From an uncultured Actinomycetota bacterium (GTDB lineage Bacteria > Actinomycetota > Actinomycetes > JADGOV01), in assembly GCA_963814355.1 (NCBI GenBank), contig CAWFCZ010000018.1:637224-701223 (forward strand): DNA of 64,000 nucleotides, read 5' to 3'. The position numbers and the translations under genes are program-made. Positions 42,983 to 51,705 of the stretch are shown one piece after another. The notes beneath the pieces were generated by a model. That model was not told where the DNA came from and did no database searches. It was given only the letters and a program-made list of their open reading frames with translations. Numbering within the stretch: the first letter of the stretch is position 1; each line of letters starts with the position of its first letter.

Positions 42983-43110
42983 GGTCGATCCAACGTAGCG
43001 GCAACTGCGCCGCACCGTCCGCAACCGGGGCGCGAATCGCGGCCGAGCCGCAACCTCCGACCCGAAGGACGCCCCGGGGGGCAGCCGCCCATCGAGGCGT
43101 CACGTCCAGC

Positions 43111-44151
43111 TCAACACGTCGGCACCGGACGGCCGGCCCGCAGGTCGGCGAGCCGGGCCAGGGCCTCGGAGAGGGTGGCGACCCGCACCAACTCGAGGCC
43201 GCGGGGCCGGTTCCGCTTCGCCGCTGAGCAGTTCTCCACCGGGGTCAGGAAGACCGTGGCGCCGACGTGCCGGGCGGCGACGACCTTTTGCGCCACACCG
43301 CCGATCGGACCTACCTTGCCGGCCTCGTTGATCGTGCCAGTGCCGGCGATGTGCCGCCCACCGTTGAGTTCGCCCGGGGTGAGGGTGTCGATGATGCCGA
43401 GGGTGAACATCAGCCCGGCGCTGGGCCCGCCCACGTCCTTGAGATTGATGGACACCGTGAACGGCGGATCGGGCCGTTCGGTGGTCGAGACCCCGATGAT
43501 CGGCCGCTTCGGGTCCTGCGGATCGGGGATGGTGCCCAGCACCACACGCTGGGCCTTCCCGGCTCGGCGGATGTCCAACGACACCGAGTGCCCCGGCGTA
43601 CGTTGCCCGATCAAGGTGCGCAGGCTGGCGGCATCGGTGACCACTGTGCCGCCCACCCCGGTGATCACATCTCCGACCCGCAACCGGCCGTCGGCCGGGG
43701 CTCCCTTGGAGACCAGGGCCACCACGACCTGGATGCGGAACGGCACCTTGAGATTGGTCAGCGCCGCGGTGATGGCCTCCTGCTGGGAGTCGACCATTTC
43801 CTGGGTGTTCTGCTGCTCGACGACCTGCTCGCTCTCCCCCGGCGGATAGATCACGTCCTGCGGAAGCACCGCGGCGTGCGGGTCGAACCAGCCGACGAGG
43901 GCCTGGGCGAGCGTCAACTGGTCGGACGGGCCGCCGCGCACCCCCACCGTCGTGAGATCGAGGTGTCCGCTGGTCGGATAGGTCGCACGGCCCTTCACCG
44001 TGATGATCGGCGTGCCGTCGGCACGCTTGCCGAGAGTGTTGGTCACCGGACCGGGCACGAGCTCCACGTACCGCACGGGCAAGGTCAGTCCGACCAGCAG
44101 CAGGATCAACGCGACCGGGCCGGCGGAGAGCAAGGCCGGTCGAGACGACAT
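43111..44151 (-). CDS. Secreted PDZ-domain protein with a Lon-like (S16) C-terminal domain (Rv3194c-like)
   Basis: N-terminal TM/signal. PDZ-like region LRVGDVITGVGGTVVTDAASL. C-terminal Lon-protease-like segment ..DVGGPSAGLMFTLGIID. Confidence 0.65.
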   Translation of the reverse strand: MSSRPALLSAGPVALILLLVGLTLPVRYVELVPGPVTNTLGKRADGTPIITVKGRATYPTSGHLDLTTVGVRGGPSDQLTLAQALVGWFDPHAAVLPQDVIYPPGESEQVVEQQNTQEMVDSQQEAITAALTNLKVPFRIQVVVALVSKGAPADGRLRVGDVITGVGGTVVTDAASLRTLIGQRTPGHSVSLDIRRAGKAQRVVLGTIPDPQDPKRPIIGVSTTERPDPPFTVSINLKDVGGPSAGLMFTLGIIDTLTPGELNGGRHIAGTGTINEAGKVGPIGGVAQKVVAARHVGATVFLTPVENCSAAKRNRPRGLELVRVATLSEALARLADLRAGRPVPTC

Positions 44152-44171
44152 TCAGCCAGCGTACGGCCAGG

Positions 44172-44657
44172 TCAGGGGCTCCCGACCCACTCCGAGCCGC
44201 CGTCGGCGAATTGCTGATGCTTCCAGATCGGGACCTCGGCCTTCAAGCGGTCGATCAAGGACCGGCAGGCGTCGAGCGCAGCCCCGCGGTGTGCGCCGGC
44301 CACCGCCACCACGACAGCCAGGTCACCGACCGCCAGCTCACCCACCCGGTGGACCGCGGCGAGCCGCAGCACCGGGTATTCGGCACGAACCCGCTCGGAG
44401 ACCGCGCGCAGCGCCGAGATCGCTCCCGGATGTGCGGAGTAGCCCAGCGCGGACACCGACCGCCCGCCGTCCTGGTCGCGCACCACGCCGATGAATAGTG
44501 CGATACCGCCGGCCGCCGGGACGCCGACCGCCCGAAGCGCCTCGTCGACCGAGAGTGGGGTGTCGCGAATATCGATTAGCGCAAGAGCGCCGTCGGCCGG
44601 GGGATCGACGCGGGAGCCGACCGGGGAGCTGAGGTCACCGGGCGCCTCGGTATCCAT
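44172..44657 (-). CDS. moaE: Molybdopterin synthase catalytic subunit MoaE
   Basis: ..VAVAGAHRGAALDACRSLIDRLKAEVPIWKHQQFADGGSEWVG, the MoaE signature. Confidence 0.7.
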   Translation of the reverse strand: MDTEAPGDLSSPVGSRVDPPADGALALIDIRDTPLSVDEALRAVGVPAAGGIALFIGVVRDQDGGRSVSALGYSAHPGAISALRAVSERVRAEYPVLRLAAVHRVGELAVGDLAVVVAVAGAHRGAALDACRSLIDRLKAEVPIWKHQQFADGGSEWVGSP

Positions 44658-44723
44658 CGGGCGACCCTAGTCCCGAGAGGGTAGACCCGACCCGGCCGAC
44701 CTCGGCCCGGCTAGCGTGGAGCG

Positions 44724-46160
44724 ATGACGAATACGCCGTTTGGCTTCGGTCCGGGCAGTGGTAGCGGCGGCAACCAGCCGCCCGGCGGCGATCCCTTCGG
44801 CGGTCTCTTCGGTGGCGGCAACCCCGGTGACCTCGGGGCGGCCCTGCACCACTTCGCCGACCTGATGTCGTGGCAGGGCGGGCCGGTGAACTGGGACCTC
44901 GCCAAGCAGACAGCGCTGGCCGCCGCGGGAGCAGCCGACCCCGGCACCACGGCCGCAGAATCCGACGCCGTGGGCGAGGCGATCCGCCTCGCCGACATCT
45001 GGCTGGATGGCAGCACCGCGTTGCCTGCCGGCGTGACCGGGACCGAAGCGTGGAGCCGGCGACGCTGGGTCGAGGCCACTCTGGAGGTGTGGCGGGAACT
45101 CGTCGACCCGATCGCCGCCCGGGTGGTCGACGCGATGGGGTCTGCGCTGGGGGCTTCGATCGGTACCGCGTTGGGTGGCCTGGCCGGTGGCGAGTTGCCG
45201 CCTGAGCTGGCCCGAGCGCTGCCGTCGGCGGAGCCGGGTGCCGCACTGCCGGATCTGTCCCAGATCACCGGACCGTTGCTCGGCATGCTCCGTCAGATGG
45301 GCGGTGCCGTCTTCGGCACCCAGGTCGGGCAGGCCCTGGGCAGCCTGGCGACGGAGGTGGTGTCGGCGACCGACGTGGGCCTGCCGCTCGGGCCGGCCGG
45401 GCGAGCCGCCCTGCTGCCGACCAATGTGGCGGCCTTCGGGGCCGGCCTGGGGGTGCCGGCGGAGGAGGTGCGGATTTATCTGGCGTTGCGCGAGGCGGCC
45501 CACCACAGGCTGTTCAGCTCGGTGGGCTGGCTGCGGGCCCGGTTGCTCGGGGCGGTCGAGGCCTACGCCCGGGGCATCAACGTCGACATGGATGCCCTCC
45601 AGGCGGCGGTCGCCGACCTGGATCCGACTGACCCGGCCGCCTTGCAGGACGCGTTGACCGGTGGGATGTTCGAACCTCAGACGAGCCCGGAGCAGCAGGC
45701 AGCGCTCGCCCGGCTGGAGACCCTGCTCGCCCTGGTCGAGGGCTGGGTCGACGAGGTGGTGGCCGCCGCCGCGCAGGGCCACTTGCCGGCCGCCGCCGCG
45801 CTGCGCGAGACGGTTCGGCGGCGGCGGGCCAGCGGCGGCCCGGCGGAGGAGACCTTCGCCACGTTGGTCGGGCTGGAGTTGCGACCCCGACGGCTGCGGG
45901 AGGCCGCCGCGCTATGGGAAGCGCTAGGCACCGCTCGCGGGCCGGAGGGCCGGGACGCGGTGTGGGCGCATCCAGACCTGCTGCCGGCGGCGGCAGATCT
46001 GGATGACCCGGCCGGGTACGCGGCGGGCACCGACCGGCTGGACCTGAGCGCTCTGGAGGACACTACCGCTGCGACCGAGGCCGGCCCCTCCGACGCCGCA
46101 CAGGGGCCGCCCTCGGGCGAGGGGGACGTCCCACCCGAGGCAAATACGCCGCCAGCCTGA
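44724..46160 (+). CDS. DUF2342-family zinc-dependent metalloprotease
   Basis: Gly-rich N-terminus, ..LALREAAHHRLFSSVGWLR.. region typical of the family. 478 aa. Confidence 0.6.
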   Translation: MTNTPFGFGPGSGSGGNQPPGGDPFGGLFGGGNPGDLGAALHHFADLMSWQGGPVNWDLAKQTALAAAGAADPGTTAAESDAVGEAIRLADIWLDGSTALPAGVTGTEAWSRRRWVEATLEVWRELVDPIAARVVDAMGSALGASIGTALGGLAGGELPPELARALPSAEPGAALPDLSQITGPLLGMLRQMGGAVFGTQVGQALGSLATEVVSATDVGLPLGPAGRAALLPTNVAAFGAGLGVPAEEVRIYLALREAAHHRLFSSVGWLRARLLGAVEAYARGINVDMDALQAAVADLDPTDPAALQDALTGGMFEPQTSPEQQAALARLETLLALVEGWVDEVVAAAAQGHLPAAAALRETVRRRRASGGPAEETFATLVGLELRPRRLREAAALWEALGTARGPEGRDAVWAHPDLLPAAADLDDPAGYAAGTDRLDLSALEDTTAATEAGPSDAAQGPPSGEGDVPPEANTPPA

Positions 46161-46176
46161 TCGCGCTCGGTTCGGA

Positions 46177-46692
46177 TCAGTCCGCGTCGGGCGCCAGGGG
46201 TTCCTCCCGTGCCCCGCGCGCCACGGCCGTGGCGTATCCCTCCAGGTAGCCACGCGCCCGGGCGGCCTGCGGGTAGCGATCGACCAACCGCCAGAAGCGT
46301 GCATCGTGCTCAGCGATCAGCAAATGGGCCAGCTCGTGCACCAGGACATAGTCCAGGACCCAGCCGGGCATAGCGGCCAGCCGGTCGGAGACCCTGATCG
46401 TGCGCTCGCCGATCGTGCAGGACCCCCACCGGCTGTGCTGGTTGCCGACCCACCGGACGCTTGCCGGCGGCGGTGCTTGGGCCAGATGTCGCTCACGCAA
46501 CTCTGCGGTCCGTCGGGTCAGGCTCCCGTCGCTGAGCCGCCGCCGGTCCTCCCGGGCCGCCAGCCGGGACAGCATGGACTCCACCCAGCGCTGCTCTTCC
46601 ACGGCGGACAACCCGGCCGGCAGCCGGACTATCGTGCGGTCGCCATCGCGATAGGCCGATACGGTCCGCCGGCGTCGGGGGCTGCGGATCAC
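46177..46692 (-). CDS. YgjP-like (DUF45) metal-dependent hydrolase with HExxH
   Basis: ..WGSCT..ERTIRVSDRLAAMPGWVLDYVLVHELAHLLIAEHDARFW... Start assumed at GTG 46692. The long upstream extension of the ORF is non-coding repeat DNA. Confidence 0.55.
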   Translation of the reverse strand: MIRSPRRRRTVSAYRDGDRTIVRLPAGLSAVEEQRWVESMLSRLAAREDRRRLSDGSLTRRTAELRERHLAQAPPPASVRWVGNQHSRWGSCTIGERTIRVSDRLAAMPGWVLDYVLVHELAHLLIAEHDARFWRLVDRYPQAARARGYLEGYATAVARGAREEPLAPDAD

Positions 46693-46792
46693 TTCGACCC
46701 GCGACTCGGCAGGCTCCGGTGTCCACGACTGCTCGCTGGATTCTGGGCTCACCCGCGGAACGGTAGCCGAGCCGTCTGGCGCACTTTTCGTC

Positions 46793-46932
46793 GTCCACAG
46801 CCGGTTGGGTGTGTCAGTGCAGGTCGGGCGCACCGGCTCGGCGCAATTCACAGCTGCGTCCACAGCGGGTGTCGACGCCGTCCACAACCCCCGGGCGCTC
46901 GCTGTCCACGACCTCCACAGCGCTGTCCACAG
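46793..46932. repeat. Array of six GTCCACAG-like direct repeats (46793, 46858, 46880, 46904, 46913, 46925). Four of them are spaced about 21-24 bp apart. The array lies in the intergenic region upstream of the DUF45 gene.
   Basis: Seen directly: cGTCCACAGc, cGTCCACAGc, cGTCCACAAc, tGTCCACGAc, cTCCACAGc, tGTCCACAGg. Confidence 0.7.
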
Positions 46933-47090
46933 GTCGGGGGCCGGGTCGGTTGACGGCGGGGACCGAGCCCACTTAGCGTCGCTGGCGACGAAGCCCCTGG
47001 ATCCAGAGGTCGACGTTCGCAAGGGGAAGGCGAGCGGACGGGCGAAGGTACCGGGGGCTTCGGGGTGCCAGGGGTCGGGTCATAGTGGGC

Positions 47091-47903
47091 TCAGCGCCCG
47101 GAGAATGTCGGCCGCCGGTGCTGCCGCGCGGCTGCCACCCCCTCCCGCAGGTCTTCGGTGGTCAGCGTGACCGCCTGGGCCAGCGCCTCCCACTCCAGGG
47201 CGTCCGCCACCGAGGCGTGCCCCCCTCGCGCCAACGCGACCTTGGTCAGCCGGATCGCGACCGGACCCTGCGCCGCGATACTGCTGGCCACGGCGAGCAC
47301 CTCGGACAGCAGCCGGTCATCGGGCCGGACGCCGTTGAGCAGCCCCATGGCCGCTGCCTCCTGGGCATCCACCTGACGACCGGTGAAGAACAACTCCCGG
47401 GCTCGCGGCAAGCCGACTGCCATCGGCAGCAGCCAGGTCGCGGCCATGCCGGGATGCATGCCCAAGGTGGCAAAGGGCATCGCAAAATGCGCGGATTCGC
47501 CGCCGTAACGCAGGTCGCAGGCCAGCGCGAGGCACAGCCCGGCGCCGATCGCCGGTCCGTTCACGGCAGCCAAGACCGGAACCTCCAGTTCCCGGATCGA
47601 CAGCCAGTCCCGGTAGAACGCCGACATCCGATCGCGCTGGGCATCCACCGAGGCATCCGGCTCGCCGACGATCCAGGACAGGTCCCCGCCGGCGCAGAAC
47701 GCCGGAGGTGCCCCGGTGACCACGACGCACCGGACGCTCCGGTTCCCCTGCAGCGCGCCGACTTCCTGGACCCACGCGGCGGTCAGCTCGACGGTCATGG
47801 CGTTGCGCCGCTCCGGCAGCGCCAGGGTCAGTACGACCACGCCGTCGTCAAGGTGCTGTACGCGCAGCGGAGACCCCTCGGCCACCGGCACCTCCTGGTC
47901 CAT
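47091..47903 (-). CDS. Enoyl-CoA hydratase/isomerase (crotonase) family protein
   Basis: ..VVTGAPPAFCAGGDL.. oxyanion-hole motif. Start ATG 47903 (MDQEVPV...). Confidence 0.7.
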   Translation of the reverse strand: MDQEVPVAEGSPLRVQHLDDGVVVLTLALPERRNAMTVELTAAWVQEVGALQGNRSVRCVVVTGAPPAFCAGGDLSWIVGEPDASVDAQRDRMSAFYRDWLSIRELEVPVLAAVNGPAIGAGLCLALACDLRYGGESAHFAMPFATLGMHPGMAATWLLPMAVGLPRARELFFTGRQVDAQEAAAMGLLNGVRPDDRLLSEVLAVASSIAAQGPVAIRLTKVALARGGHASVADALEWEALAQAVTLTTEDLREGVAAARQHRRPTFSGR

Positions 47904-48029
47904 GAACGCACTCGCCCGGGCTGTAGGCGGAGAGTAGCCGCAACCGGCCCGACGGTCGCCCGGCGGGTCGGCAAGCCCGACACCGGAGGGGATTGCCGGT
48001 AAGGTGACGCCGAGTCGAGGAGGCTGAGC

Positions 48030-48182
48030 GTGGCAGATACCTACAACGGTTATTGCGTGAAATGCAAGGAGAAGCGTGACTTCGAGGGTGAGGTGCGCGA
48101 GACCGAATCCGGACGTCGCATGGCCCAGGGGCCATGTCCGGTCTGTGGGACCAAGATGAATCGCATCCTCGGCAAGGCCTGA
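48030..48182 (+). CDS. 50-aa zinc-ribbon mini-protein (DUF5679-like, CxxC..CxxC). Not in the ORF track.
   Basis: GGAGG SD then GTG. VADTYNGYCVKCKEKRDFEGEVRETESGRRMAQGPCPVCGTKMNRILGKA. Confidence 0.55.
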   Translation: MADTYNGYCVKCKEKRDFEGEVRETESGRRMAQGPCPVCGTKMNRILGKA

Positions 48183-48312
48183 CCGAACGGGACCACCGGC
48201 GCGGAAGGCCCGGAGCGGACGGCCAGGGGACCGGTGCCTGTGGATGACCGTCGGCACCTCGGAGACAACTTTGCCAGGGTGGCGGGGCCAAACCCCGGCA
48301 CCTGGAGTGCAC

Positions 48313-49335
48313 ATGCGTCCGGTCTTCACCACGGCCCTGCGGCGCCGCTGGCGTGACGAGGAGACCCTGCAGTTCGGGACGGACCCAGCGGTCGCGGTCG
48401 TGCTCACCGGACTGCGCCCGAGTGACCGTGCCGTCCTCGGCTTACTCGACGGCGTCCGCACTGAGGACGAGATTGTCGCGGCCGCCGCCGGTTGTGGAGT
48501 CGCACCCGGCGACGCGCGCCATCTGCTGGGCACCCTGCACCGGTCTGGCGTGTTGGAGGATGCGGGCTCCTCCGTCTCGCTACAGCTGACGCCCGCGGCG
48601 GATCGCGAACGGCTGCGGTGTGAACTGGCTCAACTCTCGCTGTCCTGCGCCGAACCGGGCGCTGCCTCCAGGGCGCTGAGCGCCCGGCGACACGCCCGGG
48701 TCCTCGTCCTCGGCGGGGGTCGACTCGGGGCGCCGATCGCGGCCCTGCTCGATGCGGGCGGGGTGGGCAGCGTCGAGGTGTGGGACCCGGTTCCGGCCGG
48801 CCCGGCAGACGCCGTGCCCGGCGGTCTTCGGAGCACAGACGTCGGCCGGCCCCGCCAGGACGCCGTTGTGGACCTGGTGAGCCGGGCTCGGATTCGCCGA
48901 CGCAGCGGCAGCCCGCTCGATGTCGCCCTCGTCGTCCTGGCGCCGCCACCGAGCCACGACGTCACCACGGCGGAACGGCTGCGGCGCGACGGCGTGCCGC
49001 ATCTCGCCGTCGACACCGTCGATGGCGCCGGCATCGTCGGTCCGCTGGTGCTGCCGGGCCGATCGGCGTGCCTACGCTGCCTGGAGGCGCACCGCCGGGA
49101 CCGGGATCCCACCTGGGTGGCCGCCGAGGGCGATGGTCGGCCGGAGACCGCCGGCAGCGCGCTGGCGGTGGCCATCGCTGCGCTGGCCACGATGCAAGCC
49201 CTGACCTTCCTCGACGAACCGCACACCGGTACCGTCCCGGCGACGCTCGATGGCACCCTGGAGCTACGGCCGCCGGATTGGCGGCTTCGCCGCCGTACCT
49301 GGCCACCGCACCCGGACTGCGGCTGCGCCGGCTGA
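48313..49335 (+). CDS. ThiF/MoeB-like E1-type adenylyltransferase-family protein
   Basis: Rossmann VLVLGGGRLGAPIAALLDAGGVGSVEVWD. CLRC and C-terminal CGC zinc motifs. Confidence 0.5.
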   Translation: MRPVFTTALRRRWRDEETLQFGTDPAVAVVLTGLRPSDRAVLGLLDGVRTEDEIVAAAAGCGVAPGDARHLLGTLHRSGVLEDAGSSVSLQLTPAADRERLRCELAQLSLSCAEPGAASRALSARRHARVLVLGGGRLGAPIAALLDAGGVGSVEVWDPVPAGPADAVPGGLRSTDVGRPRQDAVVDLVSRARIRRRSGSPLDVALVVLAPPPSHDVTTAERLRRDGVPHLAVDTVDGAGIVGPLVLPGRSACLRCLEAHRRDRDPTWVAAEGDGRPETAGSALAVAIAALATMQALTFLDEPHTGTVPATLDGTLELRPPDWRLRRRTWPPHPDCGCAG

Positions 49336-49369
49336 GGCGACGTGGGCCGGCAGGACGCAGAATGGAGCC

Positions 49370-50920
49370 GTGAGCGACCTTCCGCGGTGGGCCATCGGGC
49401 GATCGGCGAAGCTGGCCAGCCTGCCCCTCGGGTTCGCCGGGCGAGCGACGCTGGGAGTCGGCAAGCGCCTCGGCGGGCGCCCGGCCGAGATCGTGGCGAC
49501 GGAGGTGCAGCAACGCACCGCCGATCAGATCTTCCGTGTGCTGGGCGAGCTCAAGGGCGGAGCGATGAAGTTCGGGCAGGCGCTGTCCGTTTTCGAAGCT
49601 GCGCTGCCCGAAGACATCGCCGCGCCGTACCGGCAGGCCCTCACCAAACTCCAGGAGGCCGCGCCGCCGCTGCCCGCGGCGAGCGTGCACCGGGTCCTGG
49701 CCGAACAGCTCGGCGGTAACTGGCGCCGGCGCTTCCGTGCGTTCGACGACCGGCCGGCGGCTGCGGCTTCCATCGGCCAGGTACATCGCGCGGTGTGGGC
49801 CGACGGAACGACGGTGGCCGTGAAAATTCAGTACCCCGGCGCCGGGAAGGCGCTGCTCTCCGACCTCAACCAGCTGGCCCGGATCGCCCGGCTCTTCGCC
49901 GTCATCTCCCCCGGCCTCGACGTCAAGCCGCTCATCGCCGAACTCAAGGCCCGGGTCGCCGAGGAGCTGGACTACTCACTCGAGGCCGCCGCACAACGTG
50001 CGTTCGCGGAGGCATACGCGGACGATCCGGATTTCCGCGTGCCGCGAGTGGTCGCCAACGCCCGCCGCATACTCGTCACCGAATGGGTCGACGGTACGCC
50101 GCTGTCCGCGATCATTCGGGACGGGACTACGGGGGAGCGCGACCGGGCCGGGCTGCTGCTGGTCCGGTTCCTGTTCTCCGGCCCCAGCCGGGCCGGCATG
50201 CTGCACGCCGACCCGCACCCGGGAAACTTCCGGTTGTTGCCGGACGGACGGCTCGCGGTGATCGACTACGGTGCGGTGAACCGGCTGCCCGGCGGACTGC
50301 CCCCGCTCATCGGCGAGGCCACCCGGCTGGTGATGGTGGGCGACAGCGAGGCCGTGCTCACCCGGTTGCGCGGCGAAGGATTCGTCTCCCCCGATGTGCA
50401 CGTCGACCCGGAACCGATCCTCGATTATCTGCGGCCGATCATCGCACCGGTCACCCAGGAGACCTTCACGTTTTCCCGCGAGTGGCTGCGGGGCGAGGCG
50501 GTACGCCTGGCGGACCCGCGGTCACCGGCCGCGCAGTTGGGCCGCCAGTTGAACCTGCCGCCGTCCTACCTGCTCATTCACCGGGTCACCCTGGGCGGCG
50601 TGGGCGTGCTGTGCCAACTGGGCAGCACCGGAGCCTTTCGGGCCGAGATGGAACGCTGGCTACCCGGGTTCCGCGCGAGCCCGGTCGCCGAGCCGAAGCT
50701 GAAGCGGCCGCGGGCGCCCCGGCGCGTTCCCACGCCGGAGCAGACCGCGATCGTCGAACCGCCGGTGGAGGACACTGTGCTGAGCCCTCCGGCGGATACA
50801 TCCTCGGCGCCCCGGTCAGTGCACAGCGGCCAGCGCCAGGCGCGCCCGACCGGACGCGCTCTCCGCTCGCCGCTGCCATCGGCGAGCGGCGACGACGCGA
50901 GCCGACCGACTGTCCAGTAG
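49370..50920 (+). CDS. ABC1/UbiB-family atypical protein kinase (Rv3197-like)
   Basis: ..LGELKGGAMKFGQALSV.., ..AASIGQVHRAVWADGTTVAVKIQYPG.., ..HADPHPGNF.. motifs. Start GTG 49370. Confidence 0.75.
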   Translation: MSDLPRWAIGRSAKLASLPLGFAGRATLGVGKRLGGRPAEIVATEVQQRTADQIFRVLGELKGGAMKFGQALSVFEAALPEDIAAPYRQALTKLQEAAPPLPAASVHRVLAEQLGGNWRRRFRAFDDRPAAAASIGQVHRAVWADGTTVAVKIQYPGAGKALLSDLNQLARIARLFAVISPGLDVKPLIAELKARVAEELDYSLEAAAQRAFAEAYADDPDFRVPRVVANARRILVTEWVDGTPLSAIIRDGTTGERDRAGLLLVRFLFSGPSRAGMLHADPHPGNFRLLPDGRLAVIDYGAVNRLPGGLPPLIGEATRLVMVGDSEAVLTRLRGEGFVSPDVHVDPEPILDYLRPIIAPVTQETFTFSREWLRGEAVRLADPRSPAAQLGRQLNLPPSYLLIHRVTLGGVGVLCQLGSTGAFRAEMERWLPGFRASPVAEPKLKRPRAPRRVPTPEQTAIVEPPVEDTVLSPPADTSSAPRSVHSGQRQARPTGRALRSPLPSASGDDASRPTVQ

Positions 50921-51027
50921 CGCCCTGCGCTCGGCGTCGCGCCGGCGGGCCCTGGCCAGGTCTTCATGCAACAGCGACATCGTGGTACTCCTGCCTGGTT
51001 GATTGTTCGTGGACACAGCCGCATGGG

Positions 51028-51300
51028 TCACGCGGCAACCTCTTTGCGTGGCCGACCCCGGGGGCGCTTGCGCGCGTGCACGGCGCCGGCCAGAATCAGC
51101 TCCCCGCCCCAGACACCCCACGGCTCCTGGCGTTCAAGCGCGGTCAGCAGGCATTGGGACTGGACGGGGCAGGGGACGCAGACCGCCTTTGCGCGCTCGA
51201 CGTCGGCGGGTGATTCGGCGAAGAACAAATCGGGATCAACACCCTTGCAGGGCAGGGTTGCGCCCTTGCGTTGGCTCGGGCCGGACTGGACCTGTTTCAT
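51028..51300 (-). CDS. whiB7: WhiB7 (WhiB-like Fe-S transcription factor with C-terminal AT-hook)
   Basis: LPCKGVDPDLFF..C..CPVQSQC..EPWGVWGGE core and C-terminal RKRPRGRPRK AT-hook. About 91 aa from ATG 51300. Confidence 0.85.
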   Translation of the reverse strand: MKQVQSGPSQRKGATLPCKGVDPDLFFAESPADVERAKAVCVPCPVQSQCLLTALERQEPWGVWGGELILAGAVHARKRPRGRPRKEVAA

Positions 51301-51367
51301 GATCGGGTGCCACCTCCTCGTGGACTCGGTTCTTGGAGGGGTGAATCGCGGATTTGAGACAGCGAAA

Positions 51368-51397
51368 GGCCGTGAATCCCGGTTGGGTTTCACGGCC
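51368..51397 (-). terminator. Leader attenuator hairpin within the whiB7 5' UTR (GGCCGTGAA-12 nt-TTCACGGCC, then a U-rich tract)
   Basis: Perfect 9-bp stem. Minus-strand downstream sequence tttcgctgtctc. Located between the uORF and the whiB7 start. Confidence 0.6.
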
Positions 51398-51502
51398 TGG
51401 AGGCGCAGCTTCGGAGGAGGACTATCCGGAGGGTCTCCAGGCAGCGGGCCGCGCCGGGCCGACGAACACGGTCGGCAAGAGCCGCACGTTCGACCCGCCG
51501 GT

Positions 51503-51583
51503 CACTCGGTTACGGGCAGCGGCGCGGTTGGCCATCAGGTCCGCGCGCAGCCCGGCGCGCTTCGGCGCGATGATGTTCCGCAT
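51503..51583 (-). CDS. whiB7 leader uORF (26 aa, MRNIIAPKRAGLRADLMANRAAARNRV) with GGGAGG SD
   Basis: SD plus ATG plus ORF sit upstream of the hairpin. Upstream is an AT-rich stretch (gagaaaaattcg) next to a TTGCTC -35-like hexamer. Confidence 0.5.
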
Positions 51584-51705
51584 CGAGGCACCTCCCTATG
51601 CTGCGCGGCGTGCGGCGGCCCGATGCCGCCGTGATGTGAGCAGTACGGTACGGGTCCGAGCGCCTGTGAGCAAACGAATTTTTCTCAGCGCCGGACCGAT
51701 CCCGC

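Noticed and set aside
44172-44657. moaE as part of a local molybdopterin operon possibly linked to the MOSC protein
   Set aside because: No moaD, moaA or moaC nearby, and the MOSC gene is over 20 kb away across the island boundary. The proximity is not meaningful.
46793-46932. CRISPR array interpretation of the GTCCACAG repeats
   Set aside because: Repeats are only 8 bp with 1-16-bp spacers, far below CRISPR repeat or spacer lengths, and no cas genes are present. Interpreted instead as a protein-binding array.
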